From: Candidatus Latescibacterota bacterium
Lineage (GTDB): Bacteria > Latescibacterota > UBA2968 > UBA8231
Direction of reading: 5' to 3'
NCBI GenBank assembly: GCA_963422735.1
Contig: OY730476.1
Span: 1,728,001-1,792,000, forward strand
DNA length: 64,000 bases
Under the pieces are notes generated by a model, which worked only from the letters and a program-made list of their open reading frames with translations, was not told the DNA's origin and did no database searches. How positions within the stretch are numbered: position 1 is the first letter of the stretch; every line of letters begins with the position of its first letter. The position numbers and the translations under genes are program-made. Shown in pieces: positions 28,350-38,428 of the stretch.

Positions 28350-30587
28350 CTACAGCCCGCTCACGGCTGCGACGAGGGCCTCGGTCGTAATGCCAAAGTG
28401 CGCCCACGTCTCTAGATGGCCTTCTGACGGGGCCGTCGTCGGGTCGGTGATGCCGATGTGCGCTGCCGGAATTCCCAAGTCACCGGCGACGGTTGCCACC
28501 AGCCCGGCGAAACCGCGCACGCCGACATTGACCGCGCCGATCAGGCCATCTTCTATGGTTGCCACGCCCTTGGGATAGCGGCTTACGAGCTTTTCGAGGG
28601 TTTCGTCGGGCAGCGGTAGTCCATTGATGATGTGTGCATCCACCGCGCCTTCGAGCTGTTCGGCCGCTTCGCCAGCGAGAAAAGCTGGCGCGCCAAAAGC
28701 TAGGATCGCTCGCTCGGCTCCGGAGTATGTGCGATAGGCGGTCATCGGCTCCCAATCATCGCCCGCTTCCCACAGCGGCTCCGAGCCGTTTTGCTTTTCG
28801 AGGATGGGCAGGGAGTCGCGCGGGATGCCGATGATGTGTCCTCCGTAGTGCGCCGCCATATCGCAGACAGCTAAAAACGCCACCCGCGCATCGGCTGGCC
28901 CGTAGAAGCGGTGCAGATAGGGCAAATAGCTCAAGCCGACGTTGATCCACTCCAAGCCCCAACCCGAAAAGTGATCGCGCCCGGTGCAGGCCCCCACGTG
29001 CGAGACGTGGAAGCCGACGTTGAGGCCCTCGTTGACGCCAGTGAGGTTGCGCTGATAACGCCAGACGTCAAAGCCCTCGCGGGCAATACCCTCGTAAAAG
29101 GCGGCAAATGTCGATACCACATTGAGCTGCGGACCCGGCGCGCTCATCGCCAACCCATCGATGATCAGACAAGCGGCTTGCTCCTCAATGCTCATCTCAA
29201 ACTGGTGATCGGCGGCCAAGAAACCGCGCGCCTTCGCCAGTTTGGTCGAGGGGTCGAGATCGCAGCTAACGACGAAGACGCCGTCGGGAAAATGCGCGGC
29301 CACCGCCGCGTACCCGGCTTCGGAGCCGGCGCGCGGGCTTTCGCTCGTGCCCGCCGAGGGCAGGCTGACCTCTTGCTTGATGCTTTGGGGCAGGACCAAG
29401 TTGCGGCTGCCGGGAGCGGGTCTCGCTCGGGTTTCGACTTGGCGCTTCTCGTCTTGGCGCAGCGACGCTAGGGCTTGGCAAGCCGCCGCTGTTTTTTGGA
29501 ACATCGGATTGCTCAGCACTTGCGCTGCGTCGCGGCCTTTCATGTGGCCGTCGTGATGCCCTTCGCCGCCGGGTAGCTTGTTGACCAAGAAGATGCACTC
29601 GAGCATCGGCACTACGTCGCGGTAGCTCATCAGCGAACCGGGAACCCAGATGCGGGTGCTGAGAGCGACGCCGTGCTCGGCGGCGAACGTTGCGACCTCG
29701 GAACCAATGCCCAAACGCTCGCCAAAGTCGTCGAGGCGCTCGTGCGTTCCCGTGGGATAAATCAGCGCGGGCCGGCCCTGCTGCGCCAGTTTGTAGCCTT
29801 CGAGATAGATTTCGTAGAGCGTCGCGGCGTCGTGCAGGGTCTCGATCTCGATGATTTCTACGCCCATCGCCGCGACGCTCGGGCGCGGGTCCTTGTCCAT
29901 AATGCCCTCGGTAGTGCCCGAAAGCTGGATGCCGTTGCGATGCATGACAAAGGTGATCGGTGCCCCGTGGACGGCTGCGCCATTGAAGCCATTGAGGGCC
30001 TGACCCGAAATGTAGCCGGCGTCGCCACAATGGCAGATGACCCAGCTGCCCTCGCCGCGCTTGGCCCGCTTGCCGAGGGCTTGGCCCACGGCCACCGGGA
30101 TCATCACCCCCAAACGCCCACCGTTGAGTTGGGTGCCGCCCGGCAGCCAAGACACGTGCCCGGGAACATCGAGCCCGCGGCGAAAACCCTCGACGACGAT
30201 CTCCTCATCGACAAAGCCCAGCGCCGCCAATGCCGCATAGTAGCCCACGGAGGTGTGGGCGTGTTCAATGGTGTATTCGATGCGTTCGTAATCGGTGATC
30301 GCCAAGGTCAGCAAGAGCGACGGAATCAACTCTAGGCCACCGCCGAGGTGGTCCAGCTCGCCGATTTCAGCTAGCGAGGCCAGCGAGCGGATCGCGATCT
30401 CGGCCGCTTCGATCTGCAAGCCCTCTAGAGCGGCAATTTGCTCTTGGTGCAGTGCTTGTTGTTTGCCGATATCCACTGTGAGCGGCAAGACCTCGGAATG
30501 CACCTTCGCGCCCAAGTAGCGCACTCCGCCCAACAGCTCTTTGTTGCGCTGCCGCTGGCCTGCTTGCGCCGCTTCGATCCCCCGCAT
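28350..30587 (-). CDS. Divergent transketolase-like ThDP enzyme (single chain)
   Basis: DHLGGGL, PGHVS, GRLG, HCGDAG..N, DLDPST, SIEEQ, STFAAF. Confidence 0.75.
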   Translation of the reverse strand: MRGIEAAQAGQRQRNKELLGGVRYLGAKVHSEVLPLTVDIGKQQALHQEQIAALEGLQIEAAEIAIRSLASLAEIGELDHLGGGLELIPSLLLTLAITDYERIEYTIEHAHTSVGYYAALAALGFVDEEIVVEGFRRGLDVPGHVSWLPGGTQLNGGRLGVMIPVAVGQALGKRAKRGEGSWVICHCGDAGYISGQALNGFNGAAVHGAPITFVMHRNGIQLSGTTEGIMDKDPRPSVAAMGVEIIEIETLHDAATLYEIYLEGYKLAQQGRPALIYPTGTHERLDDFGERLGIGSEVATFAAEHGVALSTRIWVPGSLMSYRDVVPMLECIFLVNKLPGGEGHHDGHMKGRDAAQVLSNPMFQKTAAACQALASLRQDEKRQVETRARPAPGSRNLVLPQSIKQEVSLPSAGTSESPRAGSEAGYAAVAAHFPDGVFVVSCDLDPSTKLAKARGFLAADHQFEMSIEEQAACLIIDGLAMSAPGPQLNVVSTFAAFYEGIAREGFDVWRYQRNLTGVNEGLNVGFHVSHVGACTGRDHFSGWGLEWINVGLSYLPYLHRFYGPADARVAFLAVCDMAAHYGGHIIGIPRDSLPILEKQNGSEPLWEAGDDWEPMTAYRTYSGAERAILAFGAPAFLAGEAAEQLEGAVDAHIINGLPLPDETLEKLVSRYPKGVATIEDGLIGAVNVGVRGFAGLVATVAGDLGIPAAHIGITDPTTAPSEGHLETWAHFGITTEALVAAVSGL

Positions 30588-30664
30588 GTAGAACTCCCCT
30601 AAGTGGGTATTTTCAGTTGAGTAAAGGACTTTAAAAGTATAAACCCAGCACCGAATGCGGGCAA

Positions 30665-31675
30665 TTAACGCGGCTTGAATTGCACCGCCAATTTCTCTGC
30701 CCACGCCTTGTTCGCGTCGATCGTGCGCCCGGCATTGTGGGGAGTATGTACCACGTTGTGCCGCCCCAGTAGCGGATCGTCCAGGGGCAGCGGCTCTTGG
30801 TCCCACACGTCCGCCGCTAGGCTCAGCTCGTCGGCCATCACTCGTCGCCGGATTGAGCCGGTATCGCAGATTCTGGCTCTAGTCACCAGTACCACTAGAC
30901 AGCCCTTGGGCAGCGCGTCAATGTGCCCAGCGTCGACTAAGCCGCGCGTCGATTCCGCGAGCGGCACCATGGGCGCGAACACTTCGGCATCGGCGACTAG
31001 CTGCTCTAGATGGTACACGCGGCGCGATCCGGCCCGGTGGAAGCACGGCTCTGTGGCAAACGGATCCCAAGCCGCCACCTCGGCTCCCAGCATCGCAGCG
31101 AAGCTGGCGTAGCGGCTGGCGATATTGCCGGCCCCTACGATCCGCACCCGCTTGCCGCACAGCGTGCCATTGGCAAAAGCCGGGTCGTCGCCAAACTGGT
31201 GCCCTCGCCCTCCGGGCCGCCCCTCGCCCTCGGACGGCTCGTAGTTCCAAGGCGCTTGGCTTTGGATGATCTGTCGGTGCAACTGCGGAATTCGCCGCAG
31301 CCCGCACAGCGTCAATGCCAACCCAAATTCCGCTACGGTCTGAGACCAAAATCCCTCGCTCGGATGGTCGTAAACAGCGACGCCGGCCTCGGCCAGATAC
31401 TCGCTACAGCCCTCGCCTAGCCGCCGGCCATAAGACCCCTGAAAGGTCGCTTCCTGCAATGCGCTGAAACGCTGTAGGCACGTCAGGCGCACCGGCACCC
31501 CCAGCGCAACCAACCGCGCCACGCGGCTCGGATCCTCGACGAACTCGCCCAAGGGCCGCTCGTCTCCATGCGCTAGACGCACAAAGCCCGCTTCGGGCCA
31601 CAAGGTGCGGAAGTGGTCGGCGGCAAAGGGCCAAACTCCGTCAAAATCTGGATGAACGACGATCAAATCGCCCAT
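30665..31675 (-). CDS. D-isomer-specific 2-hydroxyacid dehydrogenase family
   Basis: VGAGNIA, VTRA, ADVWDQEP, TPHNAG. Confidence 0.88.
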   Translation of the reverse strand: MGDLIVVHPDFDGVWPFAADHFRTLWPEAGFVRLAHGDERPLGEFVEDPSRVARLVALGVPVRLTCLQRFSALQEATFQGSYGRRLGEGCSEYLAEAGVAVYDHPSEGFWSQTVAEFGLALTLCGLRRIPQLHRQIIQSQAPWNYEPSEGEGRPGGRGHQFGDDPAFANGTLCGKRVRIVGAGNIASRYASFAAMLGAEVAAWDPFATEPCFHRAGSRRVYHLEQLVADAEVFAPMVPLAESTRGLVDAGHIDALPKGCLVVLVTRARICDTGSIRRRVMADELSLAADVWDQEPLPLDDPLLGRHNVVHTPHNAGRTIDANKAWAEKLAVQFKPR

Positions 31676-31676
31676 G

Positions 31677-32558
31677 TTATTCGCTTTCCCAACTAAAAAA
31701 TGGCTGCGTCCAAGCAAACGCCTCTCCTGCTCCCCAACACTCAAAGCGCACGTATCCGGCCCGCTTGGGCACCTCCACCTCAATTTCTCGCCCATCGGCC
31801 GCGGCTATCCGCTTTGCACCAGCGCACAAGGCCACGATCCGCGCCGCGTTCTCCGTCTCAATCCAGATCCTGTTTCCCTCGACTTGGATCTGGTTGATTG
31901 CGACGCCCGTCGATGCGTAAAAGCGACCGACGCGTAGGGCCTCCATCACGCCGTGGGCCGTCTCCTCCGCCACGTAGGCCACATTCCACCCCAAGCCCAC
32001 ATCGCCTTCGGTCGCGTGGCTGTCGTCGTTTGCAAATCCCCACAGACGTCTTCCCGCGCTCAGCAGCATGTCCCAGCGATTCGTCGCGTAGGGGCTGCCC
32101 TCCAAGCGGCTGATCACGCCGTTGTATATCTCCAAGCCCACATAGCCCTCGCAGGTCTGTAAAAGCTCCTGCGGACAATGGTTGAAATTGCCGCGCCAGT
32201 TGGGATGGTTAAAAAGAACGAATCCACCACCCGACTCGTTGGCCTTGTCGATTACTTGCTGCCGATCCGCATGCGGCGCGACCCACGCTGCGGCCCCTAC
32301 GTGCAAAACGTGCGGGCCGTTGGCTGTAATCTCATTGCCCGGCACCAAGATCATCCCTTGGGCGTCGTATTGCTCGTACTCTTCTAAGGACGTATAGATG
32401 TCGTGGTCGGTGATTGACAAGAAGCCGTAGCCGCGGCCCGCGTAGTCGTCGATTACCGCCTGGTGGGTGCGCTCGCCGTCGCTGGCGGTGGTGTGTGCGT
32501 GCAGGTTGCCGACTAGCCAGCGTCCTCCGCGCAAATTCTGGTAGGGATGTTCGATCAT
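31677..32558 (-). CDS. PHP-domain metallohydrolase (CehA/McbA-like)
   Basis: GNLHAHTTASDG, ITDHD, GNE, NHP, EIYN, NDDSH. Confidence 0.85.
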   Translation of the reverse strand: MIEHPYQNLRGGRWLVGNLHAHTTASDGERTHQAVIDDYAGRGYGFLSITDHDIYTSLEEYEQYDAQGMILVPGNEITANGPHVLHVGAAAWVAPHADRQQVIDKANESGGGFVLFNHPNWRGNFNHCPQELLQTCEGYVGLEIYNGVISRLEGSPYATNRWDMLLSAGRRLWGFANDDSHATEGDVGLGWNVAYVAEETAHGVMEALRVGRFYASTGVAINQIQVEGNRIWIETENAARIVALCAGAKRIAAADGREIEVEVPKRAGYVRFECWGAGEAFAWTQPFFSWESE

Positions 32559-32819
32559 TAAGTTTCTCCTCGGTCGGGAAGCCGCCTCAAAATACGAGAG
32601 CACTCTGCGGGTGACAAGGGAAGGGCTCGCCGGGGCAGTGTTGACGCGAAAAGTAAGTGGCCCTTTAATACAAGCTTTAAGAACACATAATTCACTGACA
32701 TTACGCAGTTTGCCGCCCAATGCGTGGTTTAGCCCTGCCGAAGCAGGAGTCCAGTGGGAGCCACCCGCACGGACTGGTTCGTCCGCGACAAAGCACTGCG
32801 CAACGTCAGTAATTAAAAT

Positions 32820-32986
32820 CGGAATTTCCTAGTTTACGGTTGAGGATTCAGGTCTCATTTATGCGGTTTCACTCGGCCTGCCCGTAGCCCTCGTCCGGGC
32901 CAGCGCGGTACCCGGCCAGTCGCCGGGTACCCGCCGCCAAGGGGGCGGATGGGACTAACCCCTAACCACTGACCCCTAACCACTGC
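32820..32986 (+). mobile_element. MITE family copy A (diverged, no right TIR)
   Basis: Homologous to 40203-40409, with an internal deletion. Ends in CTAACC(C/A) heptamers. Confidence 0.75.
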
Positions 32987-32998
32987 TTTAAAATCCCG

Positions 32999-34153
32999 AT
33001 GAAAATCACCGATATTCACACGCTCTCGCTTTCGCGCGCCCACGAGCCTGAGCACCAGTGGTACAGCACCACCTTCCACGTGTCCAAAGCCGACTGCTCG
33101 ATCTGCATCATCGAAACCGACGAGGGCTTGCAGGGCATCGCCGAACCTTGCGCTTACGGTGTACCGCCCGCAATCGCCGCTCGCATCGAAGAGCTCAAGC
33201 CCAGTCTCATCGGCCGCGATCCCCGCGACGAGGACCTGACGCCACACAACGAGGCGGTGCGCACCAACGACATTGCCAATGCCGGCCTCAACTGCGCGCT
33301 GTGGGATTTGCGCGGCAAGATCGCTGGCAAACCCACCGCCGACTTGCTCTGCGCGCCGGGGCAATCCCCCCTGCGCCGCCTCCGCCTTTACGCCTCCTCG
33401 GGCGTGCGCTACGACTGGGACGATCACCCCGAATCCGTTGTCGAAGAGGCAATCGGCTACGCCGAAGACGGCTTCACCGCCTACAAGATGCGCCTAGGCA
33501 CCCACTGGGCTTGGTCGGGCGTCACCGTCGATCGCTTCCTGAAAATAGCGCACCAAGTCCACGAGGCCGTGGGTGAGCGTATGGACTTAGCCCTCGATGG
33601 CAATTGTCGCCTCTCGATGGAGGAGGCGCTGCCCATTGCCGAGGCTCTCGACGAGATGAACTGGGCTTGGTTTGAGGAGCCGATCAAACGCGTACCCGCG
33701 GACTACGCCCGGCTCAACGAGGCCGTCTCCATCCCCATCACCGGCGGCGAGCCTTTTACCACTTGGGCGCAGTTTGAGCCTTTTATGGAGGTGGGAAGCT
33801 TCGGCATCGTCCAGCCCGACGCCGGCGTCTGCGGCATCGACCTCTGCATGGAAGTCGGCCACAAGGCTCACTTCGAGTACGGCGGCATACCCCTGATCCC
33901 GCACAACTGGCACAATGGCCTGATGACGATGGCCAACGCCCACATGGTCGCAGCGCTGCCTGCCCCGCGCCTAGTCGAGCTGAATATGCGGCAGGGTCCC
34001 CTACAGTGGGAGATTCTGCGCGAAAAACCGCTGATCGAAGACGGCCACCTCGTTCTGCCCGATGCCCCGGGCTTCGGAGTCGAATTGGCCGACGACCTCG
34101 AGGCGCGTTTTCCGTACATTGAAGGCTCTTGGGGCAATCCCGTACAACGCTGA
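32999..34153 (+). CDS. Mandelate racemase/muconate lactonising enzyme family
   Basis: ALWDLRGK, YKMR, LDGN, WFEEP, GGE, QPD, PHNW, PGFGVE. Confidence 0.9.
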   Translation: MKITDIHTLSLSRAHEPEHQWYSTTFHVSKADCSICIIETDEGLQGIAEPCAYGVPPAIAARIEELKPSLIGRDPRDEDLTPHNEAVRTNDIANAGLNCALWDLRGKIAGKPTADLLCAPGQSPLRRLRLYASSGVRYDWDDHPESVVEEAIGYAEDGFTAYKMRLGTHWAWSGVTVDRFLKIAHQVHEAVGERMDLALDGNCRLSMEEALPIAEALDEMNWAWFEEPIKRVPADYARLNEAVSIPITGGEPFTTWAQFEPFMEVGSFGIVQPDAGVCGIDLCMEVGHKAHFEYGGIPLIPHNWHNGLMTMANAHMVAALPAPRLVELNMRQGPLQWEILREKPLIEDGHLVLPDAPGFGVELADDLEARFPYIEGSWGNPVQR

Positions 34154-34159
34154 GGACTT

Positions 34160-34993
34160 ATGGTCACCGACCTCGAAAATTATCTCTTCGACCTGCACGG
34201 CTATCTGCGCTTAGAAGGAGCACTTACCGACGACGAGGTCAGAGATCTCAACGATTGCCTCGACGCCGTCCCGCCGCTAGAGCCGGGCGACTGGTACGGC
34301 CATGTCCACGCTCATACCTATGGCGCAGTGGACGGCCTCAACTTGCAGCAAATCTACGAGGCCGGCGAACCTTTTGAGCGGATGATCGACCATCCCGCTT
34401 GGATAGAGAAGGTGAAGCACTTCGTCGGTGGCGAAGGCACGTTCGACTACGCACACGGCCCGCTTTTCATCGACGAAAACTTTGCCAACTTCCGCCAGCC
34501 CGGGGAGGCGATCGGCCTGCATTCCGGCGGCTATCCGCCCATCATGCGCAACCAATTCCGCTACCACGGCGGACGCTACATCTGCGGCCAAATCAACATC
34601 CTCGTAGCGCTCACGGACATCGGTCCGGGCGACGGCGGCACCATGCTGATCCCCGGCAGCCACAAATCCAACTTCGCGCATCCCCACTTAGACCGGCATC
34701 GCATGCGGCCTGAAGGTGCCACCGTTGAGGGCATCGCCGGCGCGGTCGAGTGCCATATGGCCCGAGGCGACGCCCTACTCTTCGTCGATGGCCTTTCTCA
34801 CGGCTCGGCCCGGCGTAAAAACGCGGGCACCCGTCGGATCTTCGTCTATCGCTACGGCCCCTCTTGGGGCAACTTCCGCCACGGCTACCACCCCTCGGAC
34901 GAGTTGTTGGCGCGCCTGAAGCCCGAGCGGAGGCAGATCGTCTGGCCGCAGAGGCCCCGTCCCCAAGGGCCGCAAAGAAAGGCCGTTGAGTAG
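34160..34993 (+). CDS. PhyH-family dioxygenase
   Basis: [33 protein letters not shown]. Confidence 0.88.
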   Translation: MVTDLENYLFDLHGYLRLEGALTDDEVRDLNDCLDAVPPLEPGDWYGHVHAHTYGAVDGLNLQQIYEAGEPFERMIDHPAWIEKVKHFVGGEGTFDYAHGPLFIDENFANFRQPGEAIGLHSGGYPPIMRNQFRYHGGRYICGQINILVALTDIGPGDGGTMLIPGSHKSNFAHPHLDRHRMRPEGATVEGIAGAVECHMARGDALLFVDGLSHGSARRKNAGTRRIFVYRYGPSWGNFRHGYHPSDELLARLKPERRQIVWPQRPRPQGPQRKAVE

Positions 34994-34998
34994 ATTCT

Positions 34999-35880
34999 AT
35001 GAAGGGCATCATCCTCGCCGGCGGCCAAGGTACTCGCCTCTATCCTTTGACCGTCTCCGTCTCCAAGCAGATCCTGCCGATCTTCGACAAGCCGATGATC
35101 TACTACCCGCTCTCAGTACTCATGCTGGCCGATATCCGCGAGATCCTCATCATCTCCGGCCCGGAGCACATCGACCTCTACCGCCAGCTCTTCGGCGACG
35201 GCGAGCGGCTGGGGCTGAGCATTGAATACGCGGTCCAACCCCGGCCCGAGGGCGTGGCCCACGCCTTTATCGCGGGGGCCGATTTCGCCGGCCGCGACCC
35301 CTGTGCCTTGATATTCGGCGACAACTTCCTCTACGGGCACGGCCTGACCGCCGTTTTGGAGCACGCCAGCCAACTGCGGGAGGGGGGATTGGTCTTCGCT
35401 TACTATGTAAAGGATCCCACGCGCTACGGAGTCGTCGAATTCGACGGGGAGGGCAACGCCATCAGCATTGAGGAGAAGCCGCAAAACCCCAAGTCCAACT
35501 ACGCCGTCATCGGCCTTTATTTTTACGACGGGGAGGTCGTTGACATCGTCCGCGGCCTCAAGCCCTCGGCCCGCGGCGAACTGGAGATTACCGATGCCAA
35601 CAACGAGTACCTGCGCCGCCAGCAACTCAAGGTCAAGGTGTTGGGGCGGGGCTTTGTTTGGCTCGACACCGGCACACACGAGAGCCTCCTAGAGGCCAGC
35701 GACTTCGTCCAAACCATCGAGCACCGGCAGGGGCTTAAAGTGGGCTGCGTCGAGGAAATAGCGTACCGCAAAGGCTACATTGGCGAGGAACAGCTCCTCC
35801 GCGTCGCCAATTACTCCCAAGACAATGCGTATTGCCTCTATCTCAAGCACCTCGTCGAACAGTCCGGGCCGACGTTCTAA
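34999..35880 (+). CDS. rfbA: Glucose-1-phosphate thymidylyltransferase
   Basis: [43 protein letters not shown]. Confidence 0.95.
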   Translation: MKGIILAGGQGTRLYPLTVSVSKQILPIFDKPMIYYPLSVLMLADIREILIISGPEHIDLYRQLFGDGERLGLSIEYAVQPRPEGVAHAFIAGADFAGRDPCALIFGDNFLYGHGLTAVLEHASQLREGGLVFAYYVKDPTRYGVVEFDGEGNAISIEEKPQNPKSNYAVIGLYFYDGEVVDIVRGLKPSARGELEITDANNEYLRRQQLKVKVLGRGFVWLDTGTHESLLEASDFVQTIEHRQGLKVGCVEEIAYRKGYIGEEQLLRVANYSQDNAYCLYLKHLVEQSGPTF

Positions 35881-35965
35881 TAGTCGCCTATTGGCCGAAT
35901 GATTTTCTCCGCACCCCCTTCCAGTTCGTATATATAGGGGGCGATGATGACCACCTTGTCGTTGT

Positions 35966-36124
35966 TGGATTGCCGCTTTCGCGGCAATGACGGAGTGATG
36001 TCCGCCGTTTCTAAGTCGGGCCGCCGCCCTCCCGTCCGTTCCGAAAAACCATCTTTCATTCCTTCGCCCCTTGTCATTCCCTTGCTTAAAGATGCAGGGG
36101 CCGGCTCTGCGGAAGCGGGAATCC
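35966..36124. repeat. REP-like palindromes (GTCATTCCC...GGGAATCC type)
   Basis: Hairpin TGGATTGCCGC-TTTC-GCGGCAATGAC at 35966-35991. Interrupted inverted copy at 36073-36124. Related half-sites near 32730-32750 and 55497. Confidence 0.55.
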
Positions 36125-36202
36125 TGTCACTATTGATCTTCCCATAGGGTTGCTTGCTTTACAACGTTGCTCTCAATGCCAATATGGAAAGGTTATAAAC
36201 CA

Positions 36203-36385
36203 ACGGAACTTCCTAGTGTACGGTTGGGGATTCCGGTTTCATGTAGGCGGTTTCACTCGGTATGCCCGTAGCCCTCGTCCGGACCAACGCGGTCCCCCGC
36301 GTCAATGTTCCGGGGCTAGTCGCCGGGTACCCGCCGCCAAGGGGGCGGATGGGACGGACCACTAACCACTAACCACTAACCACTA
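36203..36385 (+). mobile_element. MITE family copy B (right end lost)
   Basis: Near-identical to 40203-40377, ends in (CTAACCA)n. Confidence 0.85.
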
Positions 36386-36818
36386 CTATTTCGCGCAAGG
36401 TTACGCGACGATCCACCGCAGCGGCTTGGCGCAGCTTGGCGAGTGCGTAGTACTCCTCGGGCTGGTCGAAGACTTCCTGATTCACATAGTCGATGTAGCC
36501 CGCCTCGATAGCTTGGGCAGTGAAGTCGTTTTCGCGCACTTCATCGGCAAAGCAGTCGAAGAACACCCCTCGGAGCCAATCTGCTCGTGCTCGATCGTTG
36601 AGAGGAAGCCGTCACCCAAGTGCTCGTAGGTGCCGGCATATACAACCGGCCTTGCGCTCTAAGCCCCAGAAGTAGTGCAGATTGCCCGTCACCCAAGCCG
36701 TCGAGGTCGTCGCACTTGAGGGGGACATGCGCCTCTAAGCGGATATTGGCCCGTCCATTGTCGTCGTCGAAAAATCGCCAACCAGCACTTTCAAGCAACT
36801 GGTCGATTTTACGTTCAT
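36386..36818 (-). pseudogene. Collapsed remnant of a type I restriction subunit (HsdR-like)
   Basis: N-terminal-like KIDQLLESAGWRFFDDDNGRANIRLE sits directly beside C-terminal-like IDYVNQEVFDQPEEYY.L.KLRQAAAVDRRVTLREI. The ATG overlaps the murB stop. Confidence 0.55.
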
Positions 36819-37858
36819 TGCCCACCCTCCTCCACCAACACCGGCTCTCGCTCCAAACGAATCCCAAAGGTCTGTTCTACCGCGTCCCGAATTTCACTGG
36901 CCAAGTCGAGGACTTCGCGGGTCGTGCCGCCGCGATTTACCAAAGCCAGCGCGTGTCGCTCTGAGATGCCAACCTCGCCCCTTTGCAGCCCCTTGTGAAA
37001 TCCCGCTTGCTCGACGAGCCAAGCGGCGGGAACCTTAACGCCAGCCGAATCGGGAAAGTGCGGGACGCTGGGATAGCGGTCTTTTAATGCGGCAAACGCT
37101 TCGGCGTCAAGGACTGGATTTAAGAAGAAGGAGCCGACGGAGCGCGAGTTGGGGTCTTGCGGATCGATGACCATGGACTTGCGGCGGCGGAGCACGAGCA
37201 CAGCATCTCGCACAGTAGTCAAGGTCGGGCGCGCGTCGTTTACGTGCCGGCCCAACTCCGCGTAGCGGATTTGCGGCTGGCCGTCAGCATCCAAGCGATA
37301 CGTCACCGAGGTCACAATAAAGCGGTCGCGGTCGGCTCCCTTAAAGCGACTCTGGCGGTAGGCAAAGCCGCATTCGGCCGGGGCAAACGCAATTTCCTCC
37401 AAGGTCTGCCGATCGAGTGCCCGCACTTCCACGATGGTGTCTTTTACTTCTTGGCCATACGCGCCTACGTTTTGGATGGGCGTCGCACCCACCGATCCGG
37501 GGATGCCCGAAAGACACTCCACGCCGGCTAGGCCGCGCTCCACGCAGCACTGGACAAAGCCATCCCAATCCTCACCGGCCGCTACCTCAACGGTCGCGCC
37601 GGTAAATGCCATGCCGAGGAGTCCCACTTTGAGCACCAAGCCGCTATAGCCCGCGTCGGCAAAGAGCACGTTGCTGCCGCCACCGAGCACTTGCACGGGC
37701 AGGCCCTCGGCCGCCGCCCAAGTCAAGCAGGCGCGCATCTCGTCTAGGGAGGTGCTCTCGGCCAAGTAGCGCGCGGGGCCGCCGAGGCCCATAGTGGTGA
37801 GAGGGGCGAGTGGGGTATTCTCGCAGAGGATGCAGAGGATGTGGGACGGCTTTTCCAT
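36815..37858 (-). CDS. murB: UDP-N-acetylenolpyruvoylglucosamine reductase
   Basis: LGGGSNVL, GIPGSVGATPIQNVGAYG, FAYRQS, GSFFLNP, HALALVN, LEREP. Confidence 0.93.
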   Translation of the reverse strand: MEKPSHILCILCENTPLAPLTTMGLGGPARYLAESTSLDEMRACLTWAAAEGLPVQVLGGGSNVLFADAGYSGLVLKVGLLGMAFTGATVEVAAGEDWDGFVQCCVERGLAGVECLSGIPGSVGATPIQNVGAYGQEVKDTIVEVRALDRQTLEEIAFAPAECGFAYRQSRFKGADRDRFIVTSVTYRLDADGQPQIRYAELGRHVNDARPTLTTVRDAVLVLRRRKSMVIDPQDPNSRSVGSFFLNPVLDAEAFAALKDRYPSVPHFPDSAGVKVPAAWLVEQAGFHKGLQRGEVGISERHALALVNRGGTTREVLDLASEIRDAVEQTFGIRLEREPVLVEEGGQ

Positions 37859-37953
37859 GAAGTGACGCCTCGTTTCGCACGTAGTGAGCATTTGCGTTGC
37901 ACTGCCTATATTACAGAATATAGGGTGCATACCGCACACCGCCGGAGCCTACG

Positions 37954-38424
37954 ATGGGAAAGACCCTCTATCTCGCCAGCCCTTATGGATTCTCGCCGCA
38001 TTGGAAGGAGCGGCTCCTGCCCCAGTTCGTCTCTGCATTAGAGGGATTGGGGGCTGAGGTTTGGGAGCCTTTTGCCCGCAACAATCAAGTTGACTTTTCC
38101 AAGCCGGGCTGGGCCTATACGGTTGGCCAAGCCGATCTGCGCGACGTGGTCGCGGCCGACGCGATCTTCGCCATTGTCAACGGGACGCCCCCGGACGAGG
38201 GGGTGATGGTCGAATTGGGGGCGGCCATTGCCCTCGGCAAGCCGACCTTTCTCTTTCGCGACGACTTCCGTCGCTGCACGGACTCAGAGAACTACCCCCT
38301 AAACCTGATGCTGTTCACCGGCCTGCCGGAAAATAGCTGGGAAGCGTACTACTACACATCGCTCGCGGAAATTAGCGCGCCCGACAAGGCCCTAGCGCGC
38401 TGGCTGCGGGACGAACTGAGCTGA
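37954..38424 (+). CDS. Nucleoside 2-deoxyribosyltransferase family
   Basis: LYLASPYGF, DEGVMVELG, NLML. Confidence 0.88.
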   Translation: MGKTLYLASPYGFSPHWKERLLPQFVSALEGLGAEVWEPFARNNQVDFSKPGWAYTVGQADLRDVVAADAIFAIVNGTPPDEGVMVELGAAIALGKPTFLFRDDFRRCTDSENYPLNLMLFTGLPENSWEAYYYTSLAEISAPDKALARWLRDELS

Positions 38425-38428
38425 CATA

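Noticed and set aside
32813-32995. 8-bp direct repeat TTAAAATC flanking MITE copy A as a TSD
   Set aside because: The length disagrees with the 6-bp TSDs, and the right copy may be a degenerate part of the element itself (TTAAACAGTCC).
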